DNA of 14,893 nucleotides from a virus, in the IMG/VR virus record IMGVR_UViG_3300011738_000001, one strand, 5' to 3'. Numbering within the stretch: the stretch's first letter is position 1; every line of letters begins with the position of its first letter. A model generated the notes under the pieces. The model was not told the DNA's origin and did no database searches. It saw only the letters and a program-made list of their open reading frames with translations. Both the position numbers and the translations under genes were made by a program. Shown in pieces: positions 5,915 through 13,348 of the stretch.

Positions 5915-6656
5915 AGTTTCCGTAAACTTTGCCCTCAACCACAAACGATCCGTTTTTATGTACAGGGATCATTGACGGCGTTACCAATTTGTTATCAACG
6001 TAAAGTATGCCGAAGCCTTGCTGCCAGTTGCCTGATCCGGCCTTTAGGTAGTGAGCGCTACTAAAGTTCATTAGGTTGCCAATTTCAAAGCCTGTAAGGA
6101 TACGCCCTAAAACGCCCCCAGAAGCCTCTGTAACGTGCGTTAGCCCTAGCCTATGGGTGTGACCACACACCACACTCTTTCCGTGCCTCTTAGCCAATCC
6201 TAGGGCTGTTAAACCGGGGGTAGAGTTTGTGCTGCCTTCGTCACCGTGAAGCGCTACCCAACCAGGTGCTAACTCAAACGGCTTGCGGTGATATTTGATA
6301 CCAAGCTCCTTAAAGCGTAAGAAGTTTGGCAGCTCTAACTCAGGCACTCCAAGTAAACCAGGCGCTTTAAGTGCAATAGTGGTAAATAAACGATCTGTGT
6401 GGTTTGACCTAATTACGTCTGTGACTTTCAGCGCTTCAAGTATGCGTACGGTTTCGTCACGATCTTGAGCTAGTGTGCCTGTGTATGCCCCAGCTGTGCC
6501 AGCAGTCCAGCGACTAATAGTAGGCATATCTATCTCATCACCAATAGTGACTACTTGATCGGGCTTGTAACGCTTAACGAAGTCGATCAGATTAGCAACT
6601 GCCCTCTTATCGTGGTAGGGAATTTGCAGATCGGATACGATCAGTATGCGCTTCAT
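5913..6656 (-). CDS. Calcineurin-like metallophosphoesterase
   Basis: All the ordered motifs are present: VSDLQIPYHD (DxH), IGDEID (GD), RSNHTDR (GNHD/E-like), LHGDE and CGHTHR (GHxH). Its start overlaps the upstream stop (ATGA). Confidence 0.85.
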   Translation of the reverse strand: MKRILIVSDLQIPYHDKRAVANLIDFVKRYKPDQVVTIGDEIDMPTISRWTAGTAGAYTGTLAQDRDETVRILEALKVTDVIRSNHTDRLFTTIALKAPGLLGVPELELPNFLRFKELGIKYHRKPFELAPGWVALHGDEGSTNSTPGLTALGLAKRHGKSVVCGHTHRLGLTHVTEASGGVLGRILTGFEIGNLMNFSSAHYLKAGSGNWQQGFGILYVDNKLVTPSMIPVHKNGSFVVEGKVYGN

Positions 6657-6847
6657 TTATTAAGTTGAGCCTCTAGGACTGCTAAACGCTTATCTATGCT
6701 ATTAACTTTGTCGCTGATACTAGATCCGCTGTTGGGTAGTACCTGGGCTTCTATCTTTGCCAGTTTTCTAACTATGCTACCTAGTATTGCCATTAAGGAT
6801 AATAGTAGCGTAGCAAACGACAGAATTAGGTTAGCGTCAATAAACAT
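6653..6847 (-). CDS. Single-pass membrane protein with coiled-coil tail (holin-like / lysis accessory)
   Basis: 64 aa. An N-terminal hydrophobic helix (LILSFATLLLSLMAILGSIV) is followed by RKLAKIEAQ...LAVLEAQLNK. It lies in the lysis cluster downstream of the M23 peptidase. Confidence 0.5.
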   Translation of the reverse strand: MFIDANLILSFATLLLSLMAILGSIVRKLAKIEAQVLPNSGSSISDKVNSIDKRLAVLEAQLNK

Positions 6848-7008
6848 TATGGCTTCTTTTGGGGTGCTATCAGGCCAGTTATTGCAGCTGCAAGTGATCC
6901 AAGTAGTGCCTGTGCTGTTAATTCATAATTGGCAGCAGTCCAAGCAGCAAGAAACGCTCCTAGTGCTAGGCCGATTTGCTTACCCTCTTTACTCGTCATC
7001 TTCGTCAT
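6847..7008 (-). CDS. 53-aa two-transmembrane-segment protein, holin candidate (not in the ORF track)
   Basis: My own translation is MTKMTSKEGKQIGLALGAFLAAWTAANYELTAQALLGSLAAAITGLIAPQKKP. It has two hydrophobic helices separated by a short polar turn and a basic C-terminus. In-frame ATGs occur at 7008 and 6999. The stop forms a TAATG overlap with the next gene at 6847. Confidence 0.55.
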   Translation of the reverse strand: MTKMTSKEGKQIGLALGAFLAAWTAANYELTAQALLGSLAAAITGLIAPQKKP

Positions 7009-7243
7009 TGTCTTCACTTTCGTCTGATAGGTTTTCTATTGCGTAATTTACTAAGCCTTGGGTGCGCCATATTGGTTGCTCATCACTACTTAACATATCT
7101 ACAAAGTAATCGCCTGTTTCAGTAAAGTACTCAACGACTAAAACGTAGTTAGTAGCAACCGCGGGTACATCACACGCCAGGGCTGCTATCTGTGCGAGTA
7201 GCCTTTGTATTTGCAGGCTTGGGCTTTCCTGGGCTTTTGGCAT
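6989..7243 (-). CDS. Highly acidic 84-aa protein of unknown function
   Basis: The ATG at 7243 is preceded by GAAGG. There are roughly 18 Asp/Glu against 3 Lys/Arg, and the protein ends DESEDNDEDDE. The first 74 nt overlap the 3' end of the M23 gene in another frame. There is no alternative ATG, GTG or TTG start downstream of the M23 stop until Met50. Confidence 0.5.
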   Translation of the reverse strand: MPKAQESPSLQIQRLLAQIAALACDVPAVATNYVLVVEYFTETGDYFVDMLSSDEQPIWRTQGLVNYAIENLSDESEDNDEDDE

Positions 7244-7691
7244 TAGCTACCTTCTTTGCAGTTGCTTTCTTGGCTACTTCTTTATCCTCGTTTGTCAGCA
7301 GTATTAAATCAGTTGGGTCTAAGTGATCGTCATATTTGTACGGCGATTCGCGCAACTCAAAGTGCAAGTGGTTGCCCGTGCTATTGCCAGTCGTCCCTAC
7401 CTTGCCCAACATAGCGCCCTCAGCTAGATCCTGGCCTTGGATTACTGTCGTTTTAGATAAGTGAGCATAGATAGCCCTAAGTCCGTTCCTAAACTCCACA
7501 ATAACTGCTGTGCCGTAAGACTCGCCCCAGCTCGGGTAATTGCTTACTTCAACTACTTTGCAAGGTCTAACCGATACGACAGGCGTACCAGCAGGCGCTT
7601 TAATATCTATGCCTGTGTGGTAGCCAGCTTTGTAACGATCGTTCTTAACCCCAAAGTGGTTGCTTATTGTGTAACCCTGTACTGGAAACAT
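7170..7691 (-). CDS. M23-family metallopeptidase (endolysin) with Lys/Ala/Pro-rich C-terminal tail
   Basis: YHTGIDIKAPAGTPV (HxxxD), YAHLS and GTTGNSTGNHLHFE (HxH) are the canonical LytM/M23 motifs. Small membrane proteins follow it. Confidence 0.9.
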   Translation of the reverse strand: MFPVQGYTISNHFGVKNDRYKAGYHTGIDIKAPAGTPVVSVRPCKVVEVSNYPSWGESYGTAVIVEFRNGLRAIYAHLSKTTVIQGQDLAEGAMLGKVGTTGNSTGNHLHFELRESPYKYDDHLDPTDLILLTNEDKEVAKKATAKKVANAKSPGKPKPANTKATRTDSSPGV

Positions 7692-7897
7692 TAGCCAAAC
7701 AACAATTTCGCTTCATCAGCACTAATACCTAGTTTGTCTAATAATGCTTGTTTAGCTTCCTGTTTTGCTTGTTCAGCTGCAAAGTGTTCGGCAGCTGCTT
7801 TTTGCCTTGCAGTAAAATCTGCTATTTCCTCTTTTGTAAAAGGCTTTTCAATTATTTCACCTGTTGTAACGTCGTGTATTCTGTGAATTAAGTCCAT
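7691..7897 (-). CDS. Hypothetical 68-aa helical protein between the tail fibre and endolysin genes
   Basis: GGAG lies 5 nt upstream of the ATG. The protein is Ala/Glu/Lys-rich and helical, with a C-terminal LGISADEAKLL motif. No family recognised. Confidence 0.5.
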   Translation of the reverse strand: MDLIHRIHDVTTGEIIEKPFTKEEIADFTARQKAAAEHFAAEQAKQEAKQALLDKLGISADEAKLLFG

Positions 7898-7906
7898 TAT
7901 TGCTCC

Positions 7907-8671
7907 TTATGCTCCGTAAACGTAAAGTGTGCCAGCGTCAAAATTGCCTACCGTCGAAATTAGTGATATTGAACTGATAGTGCTGCCACCTAAATAAGCA
8001 CCATAACCGCCACCAGTTTGAAAAGCACCACCTTCGGAACCGCCAAAAACTTGTACCATTTTCGGCCCTGTTGAATTAGCGCCGTCTACTGACGCCCCAG
8101 CAGCAACTAAAAAAGCAGCGTTTGAACCTTGTCTAGCAATTTGTATTTCGCTTCCTGTTGCGGAGTTTAATTGTTGTGAATTGCTTGGCGGATACAAAAA
8201 CGCTAGTGAATAAAGGTAATTTGTTCCACTATCACCATTTAATCTTAATTGAATAAAAGAGGCTGCATCAGCGGAGCCACCAACTGCAATAATTCTTAAT
8301 TGGTTTTTTCCACTAATACCGCTGACTGTAATTGTAGTTGCACCTGTAAGCGCTGTGCCACCTGCGTTGAGTAATGTGAAAGCTTGTGCAGGCGCTCCAC
8401 CCGCAGCCCACTTTAAGCCAGTTGCAGTAGAACTATCAGCAGTTAAAACTGTGTCATTTGCACCAACTGCTAAACGAGCTACGGTGTCTGCTGCTGTTGC
8501 AGCGATAATGTCACCTTTAGCATCTACTATTGTTTTTGCTATTGCTGCTCCTGCGTTGCTAAATACGGTTGCGTCAACCGCGTCAGCAAAAATCTCAAAG
8601 TCAGCTGGTAGATCTGTTACCAAGTCAGTTGGCGCAGGTGTTACCCAACTGTAATTAGGCGTAATTGCCAT
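7907..8671 (-). CDS. Minor tail protein / tail fibre (probable receptor-binding protein)
   Basis: 254 aa. The N-terminus MAITPNYSWVTPAPTDLVTDLPADFEIFADAVDA resembles the conserved anchor of many phage tail-fibre proteins. The rest is Gly/Ala/Ser/Thr-rich. It is the last gene of the tail block and has a strong SD (AAGGAAGG). Confidence 0.55.
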   Translation of the reverse strand: MAITPNYSWVTPAPTDLVTDLPADFEIFADAVDATVFSNAGAAIAKTIVDAKGDIIAATAADTVARLAVGANDTVLTADSSTATGLKWAAGGAPAQAFTLLNAGGTALTGATTITVSGISGKNQLRIIAVGGSADAASFIQLRLNGDSGTNYLYSLAFLYPPSNSQQLNSATGSEIQIARQGSNAAFLVAAGASVDGANSTGPKMVQVFGGSEGGAFQTGGGYGAYLGGSTISSISLISTVGNFDAGTLYVYGA

Positions 8672-8683
8672 TTGTTACCTTCC

Positions 8684-10018
8684 TTATGCCACGACTTGAG
8701 CATTTGCCCAGTCTAGTGTACCTGAAACCGTGTTCCAAGCCTCTAAAGGCGAAACCTGATCCCAATTCTGTGCTAGTACGCTTAGTGCGTATTCTGTCAG
8801 ATAAAGCGTTAAAAATACTTCATATTGGTTAATTGTCCAAGATATGCCTTCAACAAACCCAGCAAAGTTATTGACATAGATAGTGTCAGGTGGGTTTATT
8901 TCCAAAGGTACGCCATTATGAATCTTAATTAAAAAATCCCGCAAACCATTAGCCATAGAGTCTAATTGCAAAGGTATTGTAATTGCACTTAAAGATCTGC
9001 GAGGATACCCTCTGGTTGTCAAATAAAGATCTAAAACTGCTTCCGCAGCTGCTTGTTCCTCTAAGAGGGTACTGACCGATACTGCTAACTGACCATATTC
9101 ACTTATTGAACCAGCATTTGTATCGCTTACGGTTTGATTATTTTTGTAAATAACGGTCACGTCATTAGCCAGGTCAGACATACGTTCAATACTGGATAAG
9201 TTACTGGCTAGTATTACATTAGTTGGAATAGTAGTAAATCCATAGGTAGCCACATAATCTGATCTTGAGGCTGCGTCTGTGTAATTTAATCTACCGTCAC
9301 GACCTTCATAAAGCACACCCCTAGCGCTGTTGGCTACTTGTCCAGCAAGATTAAAGGCATTAGTTTCGCCTGAACTGTAAGCAACTATCTCATATTGGCC
9401 AGGTGTATCTATGCCACCTTCAACTGGGTCATAATTAAACCAAAATAAAGAGGGGTCAATATTATTCCAAGCAACAGGATTAGTGTCTTGATAAGTGTCT
9501 AAACCTGAACTGCCAATGTAAGGGTTGTAAGTATTCCAAGTTAAAGTAGGGTCAATATCTTGCCAGGCTACACCTGCTGGACTATCTTCCCAGCGCTCAG
9601 CTGTAGCTTCTTGAATTATGTTTAGAATACGGTCGCCGTCGAACTCTTTGGCAAAGCCTGTACCACCAACCAAACGCCTATTTAATCTAGCGAGTGTTCC
9701 AACGCCTGTAATAGTAGTTTTTGTAGCAAAGCCAACTGCTCCGTAAGAGTCAATAGTCCTAGCAATATCTGATACAAAGCCTGCAAAGATAACTATTGGG
9801 GTGCCAGTTGTATCGTCTATCTCTACCTGTACTGAGTGATCTATTTCAACTACTGGGATATTGTTGCCAAAGGTTATTAGATCTATTGTGCAATACCCTG
9901 CGCGTGGCTGATCGTCGACGCTAGTACGTCCAGTAGTAATTCTTACACCGTTCAGCGTGTTGCCTGTGTAAGAAACTCCGTCAATTAAGACTGCTGGGTT
10001 AGGTGTGTAAGCTGGCAT
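8684..10018 (-). CDS. Minor tail protein (distal tail / baseplate-hub position)
   Basis: 444 aa, immediately after the tape measure with a TAATG overlap. The N-terminal VLIDGVSYTG...VRITTGRTSVDDQP is typical of siphovirus distal tail proteins. It contains repeated Trp motifs. Confidence 0.6.
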   Translation of the reverse strand: MPAYTPNPAVLIDGVSYTGNTLNGVRITTGRTSVDDQPRAGYCTIDLITFGNNIPVVEIDHSVQVEIDDTTGTPIVIFAGFVSDIARTIDSYGAVGFATKTTITGVGTLARLNRRLVGGTGFAKEFDGDRILNIIQEATAERWEDSPAGVAWQDIDPTLTWNTYNPYIGSSGLDTYQDTNPVAWNNIDPSLFWFNYDPVEGGIDTPGQYEIVAYSSGETNAFNLAGQVANSARGVLYEGRDGRLNYTDAASRSDYVATYGFTTIPTNVILASNLSSIERMSDLANDVTVIYKNNQTVSDTNAGSISEYGQLAVSVSTLLEEQAAAEAVLDLYLTTRGYPRRSLSAITIPLQLDSMANGLRDFLIKIHNGVPLEINPPDTIYVNNFAGFVEGISWTINQYEVFLTLYLTEYALSVLAQNWDQVSPLEAWNTVSGTLDWANAQVVA

Positions 10019-11700
10019 TACTGGGCAATAAACTCTGATACTAGTGGCAAGTTACCGTTTCGAGCGCCTTCATTTCTGATTACTTCTGCAATTGCTCTAG
10101 CTGCGCCTGCTGGGTCAATTAGGTTGCCAGTCACATTAACATTAACTGTTGGTGTGGTTTTTGGGTTCCTATTTGTTACGGGTATGCCAGTTCTAATAGA
10201 TTCAGCTACGTTAAATCCTTTGCCAAAGCCAAAAAAAGGATCGCCAAACTTTTCATTAAGACCTTCAATTACGCCGCCAAATTGGCTAATTAAGCCTAGG
10301 TCATCACTTAACGTTTGTATTTGTGATTTTGATAAACCTCTAATAGTAGGTACGGTTGCAGCTCCGCCAGTACCAGCACCGCCAGCACCAGGAGTAAAAG
10401 TTGGCAAAAAACTGCCACCACCACCACCACCGCCGGTAGGAGCTTTGCTTAAATTAACTAATTGGCGGTATTGGTTAGCCAAACCGTCATTAACATTATT
10501 TAACGCTCTGTATTGATCCTCTAAGCCTTTAGTAACTACTTTATTATCTTCAGCAAACACTCTAAACGCAGCTCTTAGATCTCCTTGCACAATTAAAACT
10601 AAAGCCTGCATACTCTTTATGATTAGGTTTATTAACTCTAGTATGGCTCTAAAAAATACAATAGGAGCATTTAAGGTAGCCAAACTTATTTCCTTAAATA
10701 CATTTTTCAAGAGTACGGCAACGTCGTTTTGTTCTCTAGTTGCGTCAGCTGCAAATCCTAGTCTTATTGTTAATTCCTTAAAACTTTCCTTTAAGGCGTC
10801 AACATTTTTAATAGAATAGTTTTTAATTTCTACGCTAGTATCTTTAAGACTTTGTATGAACTCTTTAACTCTAGGTACTAATTGAGTTCGTATGATTGGT
10901 ACTAAACTCTCGTTAAAAAATCTAAATAGATCAACTGCTACTGGTAATAATTGCTCGCCAATTTCTATCTTTGTGTTTTCTAACTCAGCAGTTAGTATTC
11001 TTTGCTGGTTTGCAAGTCCGTCTGATGTTCTAGCAAAGTCACCTTGAGCAGCACTTGTTTGTTCGTAAATAACTTTTTGGGCTGCTAATACTTTTTGCTG
11101 TGGGGTTAAAGCATTTTTAGTAGTGCTAATTAAACCAAGTTCTAATGCTGCGTTACGCAAAGTAGCGTCATCTAGTAATACACCAAACTGACGAAGTGGC
11201 TCAGCTTCTCCACGCAAAGCAGATCCAATAGCGTTAATAGCTTGCTCGGGGGTCGTGTTATTAAAAGAAGCAAGATCAGACGCTAAGCCTACAAAGTCAG
11301 TAGAGAAAGTTACTAATTCCTCACCTGCTAAGCCAGCAGCTCTACCAAAGGTTGCAAAGGTAGCTGACGCGTCTAAGGCTTGTTGCTTACTTTGACCAAA
11401 TTGTGCAGCTGCGGTGTCTGCAAACTTTTGTACTGCAACACTACCTTCGCCAAAGAGTACGTTTGTTTTGGCTAAGGTTTCGCTAAAGTCACTAGCAGCT
11501 CTAGTAGCGTCTATGCCTAACTTAACTGCAAAGGCGGCAGCAGCAATACCAGCAGCAGCGGCAGCTGCGCCAACTTTCTTAAAGGTATCACCAATTCGAT
11601 TGCCGGAGTTACCAGTTTCGTTTTCGGCTTTTTTTAAGCCTTTAACTAAATCATCTGTATCAGCAAGGATAGATAGTTTAAGAGTACGATTGCCTGCCAT
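10018..11700 (-). CDS. Tail tape measure protein
   Basis: This is the largest ORF (560 aa) and sits downstream of the chaperone. It has an N-terminal Ala-rich hydrophobic segment and the conserved FG..S...AL.A.A.F..FGRAAGL...F..DFVGLASDLASFNN core. It also has long helical stretches and a Gly-rich segment. Confidence 0.9.
   Translation of the reverse strand: MAGNRTLKLSILADTDDLVKGLKKAENETGNSGNRIGDTFKKVGAAAAAAGIAAAAFAVKLGIDATRAASDFSETLAKTNVLFGEGSVAVQKFADTAAAQFGQSKQQALDASATFATFGRAAGLAGEELVTFSTDFVGLASDLASFNNTTPEQAINAIGSALRGEAEPLRQFGVLLDDATLRNAALELGLISTTKNALTPQQKVLAAQKVIYEQTSAAQGDFARTSDGLANQQRILTAELENTKIEIGEQLLPVAVDLFRFFNESLVPIIRTQLVPRVKEFIQSLKDTSVEIKNYSIKNVDALKESFKELTIRLGFAADATREQNDVAVLLKNVFKEISLATLNAPIVFFRAILELINLIIKSMQALVLIVQGDLRAAFRVFAEDNKVVTKGLEDQYRALNNVNDGLANQYRQLVNLSKAPTGGGGGGGSFLPTFTPGAGGAGTGGAATVPTIRGLSKSQIQTLSDDLGLISQFGGVIEGLNEKFGDPFFGFGKGFNVAESIRTGIPVTNRNPKTTPTVNVNVTGNLIDPAGAARAIAEVIRNEGARNGNLPLVSEFIAQ
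10415..10435 (-). repeat. Trinucleotide repeat (CCA)5(CCG)2 encoding a Gly7 run in the tape measure
   Basis: Read directly from the sequence: ccaccaccaccaccaccgccg. On the coding strand this is GGC GGT GGT GGT GGT GGT GGC. Confidence 0.9.
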
Positions 11701-12158
11701 TAGAACCTATCCAGTATTTTTTCAAAGCCTTTTTCCCATTTTTCAATAAGTTCAGGCTGTTCTTGTCTTAGTGTTGGATAAATAAAATATCCAGCATTAC
11801 CACGACCTTTATTTGGTGATCGTCCAGGAAATTGTTTGTAACGCCTAGATCCAAACTCTAAACCATAGAGAATATCTTGAGTGTTACCGCCACCGCTTAA
11901 TTTTTGACTAGCAAACCCATACTTAAATTCACCGATCTTGCTAGACTTAGCAATACGAACACCGTCAGCAACTTTAATAGATCCTTTAGGATATTTGCTA
12001 TTGCGTCTAGCAGCAGCTTTAATTTGGTCAGCAGCATACTCAGCAAGTTCACCTGATAATTTTTTAGTTTGATCTATTGCTTCATCGTCCATAGCCTTGA
12101 AAGATTTAAGGATTTGGCGTAGGTCGGCTTTGTTGTATTCAACTTTAACGTCAGCCAT
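11700..12158 (-). CDS. HK97 gp10-family protein (tail completion / head-tail joining), in an unusual position
   Basis: 152 aa. MADVKVEYNKADLRQILKSF..., YGLEFGS and YFIYPTLRQEQPELIEKW mirror the family pattern (N-terminal I-x-G-x-x-E-L, Y-G-x-x-x-EFGT, PF-x-x-P). AAGGAG lies 5 nt upstream of the ATG. Confidence 0.55.
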   Translation of the reverse strand: MADVKVEYNKADLRQILKSFKAMDDEAIDQTKKLSGELAEYAADQIKAAARRNSKYPKGSIKVADGVRIAKSSKIGEFKYGFASQKLSGGGNTQDILYGLEFGSRRYKQFPGRSPNKGRGNAGYFIYPTLRQEQPELIEKWEKGFEKILDRF

Positions 12159-12533
12159 TACGCTCCTTTAATATCTCTAATGCGGTTAAAATATCCTCTG
12201 CATTATCCCAATACTGCATAGGTATCTTTGTTGCGATAGCAAGTTCAACTATTAGTCGTCCGAGGCTACCGCTTGGGTGGGGTTTACTGCTGTTTCCTCT
12301 ATTTCAATATCTGCAACTGTGGCGCACCAGTTATCTAAACTTAGCGCTGCCTTGTTTGGATTTTCTCGCTTCATAGCGTGATAAGCCAAGAACATAAGAT
12401 CGCTAATGCCAAGTGAAGGATCTTTGCTGATCTTTTGACCAGTTTCTAGTTCCCACTTGCGCCACTCAGGCGGTGCAGCTACATAAGTAGCTTGATCGCC
12501 TGTGTTTGTAGTTATTTTAATATTTAGTTTCAT
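12151..12533 (-). CDS. Predicted -1 frameshift product of the tail assembly chaperone (G-T-like, about 127 aa)
   Basis: After A_AAC_CCC (12285-12279) the -1 frame stays open for 42 codons (HPSGSLGRLIVELAIATKIPMQYWDNAEDILTALEILKERNG). It ends at the TGA at 12153-12151, which overlaps the next gene's ATG. This extension explains the otherwise empty 93-nt gap. Confidence 0.5.
12252..12533 (-). CDS. Tail assembly chaperone (G-like, frame 0 product)
   Basis: 93 aa and acidic, between the major tail and tape measure genes. A slippery heptamer lies near its 3' end, with an open -1 frame downstream. Confidence 0.65.
   Translation of the reverse strand: MKLNIKITTNTGDQATYVAAPPEWRKWELETGQKISKDPSLGISDLMFLAYHAMKRENPNKAALSLDNWCATVADIEIEETAVNPTQAVASDD
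12279..12285 (-). promoter_or_regulatory. Candidate -1 programmed ribosomal frameshift heptamer A_AAC_CCC
   Basis: The plus strand reads ggggttt at 12279-12285. On the coding strand the frame-0 codons are GTA AAC CCC, which is the X_XXY_YYZ register. Confidence 0.5.
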
Positions 12534-12557
12534 TGTGTTCTCCCGATTGTATTTTGT

Positions 12558-12968
12558 TTAGCTAAAGGTTTCTGTTACTGTGCCTTTGGATACCTTGAAG
12601 GTAAAAGATACTGTTTGTGCGTCAGTTCCAGCGCCACCTGCACTTGGAAACTCTGGTAGGCAGTCAAACGCAAATACTGCGCCTGTTGCTGCTGTCATAG
12701 TTACGGTAAAGGTTGCGTCAGGTGTTTCTGCTGCTGTCCATAGAGCTTCACATACTGAGCTAGTCTTGCCCCAGTCTGCCAAGATCTCTAATGCAAACTC
12801 AGCTTCTACGTTTGTGGTTTTGTAAGCTTCGCCGTCAAGAGTTTGGTATGTCTGACGATCGTTTGTTTTTGTTAGTACAGCAGATGTCGCTTGTGCGTCA
12901 ATATCGGTTCCCAAAGAGCCCGAGAAAGATAAAGATACGTCCCTGCCTGTGATTACTGTTGTTGCCAT
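12558..12968 (-). CDS. Major tail (tube) protein
   Basis: 136 aa, Thr/Ala/Gly-rich with beta-type composition. Located directly upstream of the chaperone and tape measure genes. Confidence 0.7.
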   Translation of the reverse strand: MATTVITGRDVSLSFSGSLGTDIDAQATSAVLTKTNDRQTYQTLDGEAYKTTNVEAEFALEILADWGKTSSVCEALWTAAETPDATFTVTMTAATGAVFAFDCLPEFPSAGGAGTDAQTVSFTFKVSKGTVTETFS

Positions 12969-12976
12969 ATTGCTTC

Positions 12977-13348
12977 CTAGTTTGTGTAGTAGGTTGATAC
13001 ATTAAAATCAGCCACGAGTAAGTCACTCGCACCGACTTGCGTAATTGACGGGCGATCTACTGCCCCAACTACATAATTAGCAGGCAGAGCTGCTAAGACC
13101 GATAGTAGCAGCGTTTCTAGATTGTCTAGGGCTGCTTCGTTGCTGTAATAACCAACTGCAACGGTAATAGTAAAATTAAGTTTGCACCTAATAACAGATT
13201 TGCTTATGGTTTCGAACTCTATGTACGGGCTGTCCGGCACAATAACGATAGCCGGTGGAATAACAGACTCAGGTACAGAATTGTAAACGTTAGCGGCAAT
13301 ACCGCTTAAAGCTGTTTCTAGAGCAGTACGGGTTGCACTTATTGGCAT
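12977..13348 (-). CDS. Tail terminator-like / neck protein
   Basis: 123 aa between the adaptor and the major tail protein. The N-terminal pattern ALETALSGIAANVYNSVPESVIPPAIVIVP resembles the DUF3168 tail terminator-like family. Confidence 0.45.
   Translation of the reverse strand: MPISATRTALETALSGIAANVYNSVPESVIPPAIVIVPDSPYIEFETISKSVIRCKLNFTITVAVGYYSNEAALDNLETLLLSVLAALPANYVVGAVDRPSITQVGASDLLVADFNVSTYYTN

Noticed and set aside
5071-7694. Plus-strand ORFs 5071-5298, 6696-7046 and 7461-7694
   Set aside because: They lie antisense to the annealase, the lysis membrane genes and the M23 peptidase respectively. They have no SD and no motifs, and accepting them would break the uniform single-strand gene organisation.
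8355-8654. 99-aa plus-strand ORF
   Set aside because: It lies antisense to the Gly/Ala-rich tail fibre gene. The Ala/Val-rich translation is the expected mirror of GCN/GGN-rich coding sequence.
10124-11749. Plus-strand ORFs 10124-10516, 10619-10819 and 11414-11749
   Set aside because: All lie antisense within the tape measure gene. Their Pro/Ala-rich or Phe/Leu-rich low-complexity translations mirror its Gly/Ala and Lys/Glu codons.
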